Below, in pieces: positions 61,643-64,000 of a stretch of 64,000 bases of DNA (position 1 is the first letter of the stretch; the number at the start of each line of letters is the position of its first letter). The stretch is taken from NCBI GenBank assembly GCA_964611355.1, contig CAZSYD010000001.1, positions 2,745-66,744 on the forward strand, read 5' to 3'. The stretch comes from an uncultured Ignavibacteriales bacterium. Its GTDB lineage: Bacteria; Zixibacteria; MSB-5A5; GN15; JAAZOE01. Under the pieces are notes generated by a model. It worked only from the letters and a program-made list of their open reading frames with translations. It did not search any database and had not been told where the DNA came from. The translations under genes were made by a program, and so were the position numbers.

Positions 61643-62995
61643 ATGTCGCATAATTGCGGATCATACAAAGAGAGACTATCGGCTTATCTGGACGGCAATC
61701 TGCCGCCGGAAGAGATGGCTGAAATCTCGGCCCATCTGAAAATATGCCCCGAATGTTTGGCCTTGCTGGAGAAAATGAAGCGGTTGGACAGGATGGCGTC
61801 CGATTCTCTGCCCGAATTCGACGATTCGGTACTGAATGAACTGGAAAAGAGGATAACCGATGAAATCGACCGGTTGCCCGAAACTTCCGTTAGTAAAGAA
61901 CCGAAGAAGCCGAAGATTATCCCGATTTGGTATCGGTATGCGGCGGCGGCGGCATCAATTGTATTTGTGTTTCTGATCGGGCGGATGGCCTATGAGGATT
62001 CGGCCCGTCAATTCGTGCGGCCGGTACCGGCCGAACCGACTTATTTTGAACACAGGAGGGTGGAGTCTTCACCGCAAAAAGAACTACCGCCGGAAGATTT
62101 ATCGGACAAAGGGAAATTTGAAAAACGGAAAGCGATTAAGGAGGAAGATAAAGAACCGTCGGTACCGGAAAGACCGATCGAAAAGGTTGATTTGACGTCT
62201 CCATCGCGACTTCGCGAAAAGGAAAAGGGAATGGAACGCCGGAAAGTACGGCCGGAGATCGAAACTAAACCGGAAGCTAAAGCAAAACCGGGAATAATCC
62301 AATTTGACAAGGAACCGGTTACAGTTACGGAAGGCGAAACTGAGACGATTAATATAAGCAAATCAATAGCCGTACGGGGAAGGCAGGAAAAACAGATTGA
62401 GGAACCTCGCGAAGGTGTTCCGGCCGATACCCGGTCCCGGGAAACCGGCAAGGCCTCTTATGCGCCGATTCAGGAACGCGACCGAATTGAAGCAAACGAG
62501 GTTTCTCCGCCTGATGTAGTGCCGACTTCCGCACTTGAAGATATGGCCGATATGGATGCGGCTATGCTCAAGAAAAAGGACGAAAAGGCCGGCCTTGAAC
62601 ATACCGGGGAAAGACTACCGGCAGAGAGTTCCCTGGAATCATTTTACGTCTCGGAGATCGCATCGGCGCAGGCGAGTATGTCTGGCCATCAGTATGGAAA
62701 AACGGTTGGCGGCGGGGTTGACGATTCGCTGACCATAATCAGGATATTGCTTAAGCGCATCGAGTCAAGGCCGGAAGCCGATACGCCTTATGACCGGATA
62801 ATCAGTATTTATATGGAAGCGAGAGCCAACTACGATCTTTACCGATTTACCGGCGATAATAGCTGTTTATCGAGAACGTCTGATCTCAGGGAAGCCGCTC
62901 TTGAGATTATCCGTATTCGACAAAATAAAGGCAGCGAAGATCCCCGGTTGATGAAATATATGGAAGAAATCAATCGTTGGGATATATCCGAGTGA
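61643..62995 (+). CDS. Anti-sigma factor (zf-HC2) with one TM helix and a long K/E-rich extracytoplasmic region
   Basis: CGSYKERLSAYLDG...HLKICPECLAL motif and TM helix YRYAAAAASIVFVFLIGRMAY. Starts 2 nt after the sigma gene. Confidence 0.78.
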   Translation: MSHNCGSYKERLSAYLDGNLPPEEMAEISAHLKICPECLALLEKMKRLDRMASDSLPEFDDSVLNELEKRITDEIDRLPETSVSKEPKKPKIIPIWYRYAAAAASIVFVFLIGRMAYEDSARQFVRPVPAEPTYFEHRRVESSPQKELPPEDLSDKGKFEKRKAIKEEDKEPSVPERPIEKVDLTSPSRLREKEKGMERRKVRPEIETKPEAKAKPGIIQFDKEPVTVTEGETETINISKSIAVRGRQEKQIEEPREGVPADTRSRETGKASYAPIQERDRIEANEVSPPDVVPTSALEDMADMDAAMLKKKDEKAGLEHTGERLPAESSLESFYVSEIASAQASMSGHQYGKTVGGGVDDSLTIIRILLKRIESRPEADTPYDRIISIYMEARANYDLYRFTGDNSCLSRTSDLREAALEIIRIRQNKGSEDPRLMKYMEEINRWDISE

Positions 62996-63032
62996 TTTAA
63001 TTCTTACGGAGAACTATTGCAGGCGCTGGGAA

Positions 63033-63692
63033 ATGGGGTCGTTTTCAAAATCGATGGAATGGTCGGAACAGGAATACCGGCAGGCGCGGCATAATATGGT
63101 TGAGCGTCAGCTGGCCGGTCGTGATGTAACTGATCCGGCGGTGCTGGAGGTAATGCGCAGGGTTCCCCGGCACCTTTTTGTTCCTGCCGATTTGCGCCTG
63201 GAAGCGTATGATGATTCGCCTTTGCCGATTGGATACGGCCAGACTATTTCTCAGCCGTATGTCGTTGGCTCAATGACCCAGTTTCTTGGGCCGGACAAGA
63301 GCAAAGGCGTATTTGAAATCGGCACCGGGTCGGGTTATCAGACGGCTATCCTGGCGGAGTTGTTCGGTCACGTGGTTACCGTTGAGTATTATTCCGAATT
63401 GTCTAAGCAGGCGCAGAAAATATTGCAGGAACTCGGATATAACAATATCGCTTTCCACGTCGGCGACGGACTTAAAGTTCCGGGAAAAAGGGACAAATTC
63501 GACGCCATTATAATCACCGCCGCCCCGGAGGATATCCCTGATGAACTGGTTAGCCAGCTCAAAGAAGGTGGCCGATTGATTGTTCCGGTGGGAACTGTTA
63601 TCCAATATCTTGAGTTGGTCATAAAGGATAAGGACGGGAAGCTGGATTTCCAGACGCTCTACCCGGTCAGGTTTGTGCCTCTTCAACGCTGA
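63033..63692 (+). CDS. pcm: Protein-L-isoaspartate O-methyltransferase
   Basis: QTISQPYVV, SAM motif VFEIGTGSGYQTAILA, and the IIITAAPEDIP motif. Confidence 0.92.
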   Translation: MGSFSKSMEWSEQEYRQARHNMVERQLAGRDVTDPAVLEVMRRVPRHLFVPADLRLEAYDDSPLPIGYGQTISQPYVVGSMTQFLGPDKSKGVFEIGTGSGYQTAILAELFGHVVTVEYYSELSKQAQKILQELGYNNIAFHVGDGLKVPGKRDKFDAIIITAAPEDIPDELVSQLKEGGRLIVPVGTVIQYLELVIKDKDGKLDFQTLYPVRFVPLQR

Positions 63693-63780
63693 CGTATTTT
63701 ATTCTCAACCGATCGAGAACCTTTTTGGCTTATTCTCGTAAGTAAGAAACAGGTACGAGATTCCGTGAAAGGAGGAACCT

Positions 63781-64000
63781 GTGGGAAAAAGGTTATACAG
63801 GTCCAGAAAAGACAGCACCATTGGGGGTGTTTGCGGGGGGTTAGGGGAATATTTCGGGATTGACCCGACGTTTGTACGGATCATCACCGTGCTTTTGATT
63901 TTCGCCGACGGTATCGGGATAATCGGTTATATCATCGCCTGGATTATTATTCCCCAACATCCGGTAGAGGACCAGTCGGAGGAGAAGGAACCCGCAAGCT
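63781..64000 (+). CDS. PspC-domain membrane protein (3' end truncated by window edge)
   Basis: GTG start 5 nt after a ggagg SD. Hand translation gives LYRSRKDSTIGGVCGGLGEYFGIDPTFVRIITVLLIF, and the frame is open to nt 64000. Confidence 0.75.
   Translation, partial: MGKRLYRSRKDSTIGGVCGGLGEYFGIDPTFVRIITVLLIFADGIGIIGYIIAWIIIPQHPVEDQSEEKEPAS

Noticed and set aside
62041-62602. A cluster of overlapping short ORFs and repetitive-looking AAG/GAA-rich DNA, considered as a possible tandem repeat or CRISPR-like array.
   Set aside because: There is no regular repeat-spacer periodicity. The region is the Lys/Glu-rich low-complexity part of the anti-sigma factor coding sequence.

Overview
This is a 64-kb bacterial chromosomal segment, and most of it is housekeeping. 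All calls rest on by-eye motif recognition, gene order and hand-translated frames; no searches were run. I saw no rRNA, tRNA or CRISPR array.

Gene content in order:
- secD (5' end cut by the window edge) and secF, an orphan secreted protein, dCMP deaminase, a PSP1/RicT-like protein, metG, tatD and rsmA.
- An AT-rich 3.6-kb cassette at about 8864-12488 (described below).
- Fe-S assembly genes (Nfu-like, Mrp/ApbC fused to DUF971), a GAF-HisKA protein lacking an ATPase domain, and purF.
- A complete 14-gene nuoA-N complex I operon on the minus strand.
- A minus-strand carbohydrate/compatible-solute cluster: a 1161-aa GH13 enzyme, an unknown protein, a TreT-like GT4, OtsB, an MFS transporter, a methyltransferase and a PHP hydrolase.
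- A sigma54 enhancer-binding protein followed by two TGGAAC-N5-GTTCCA palindromes and a near-consensus -24/-12 promoter. This promoter appears to drive a lipoprotein/TPR/TPR-HD-GYP operon.
- A decayed IS3-family element, mreB, an ECF sigma/anti-sigma/two LTXXQ-protein module and rnr.
- A second sigma54 activator joined to a surface-protein cluster, then dgt, holA, a second ECF pair, pcm and a PspC-domain gene cut by the window end.

The standout is the AT-rich cassette. Hand counts give about 32-38% G+C inside it against about 60-63% in the flanking genes. It is bracketed by an exact 11-bp direct repeat and carries its own sigma70-like promoter. It encodes three tightly packed genes:
- a small basic protein with a restriction-endonuclease-like strand pattern;
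- a 615-aa DGQHR (DndB/ParB-like) protein fused to a Swt1-type HEPN domain with an Rx4H motif;
- a radical SAM enzyme with a B12-binding-like N-domain and a CX3CX2C motif.

None of the partner genes of known DGQHR systems (Dnd, Dpd, Ssp) are present in the window. I propose the cassette as a candidate uncharacterised nucleic-acid modification or defence system.
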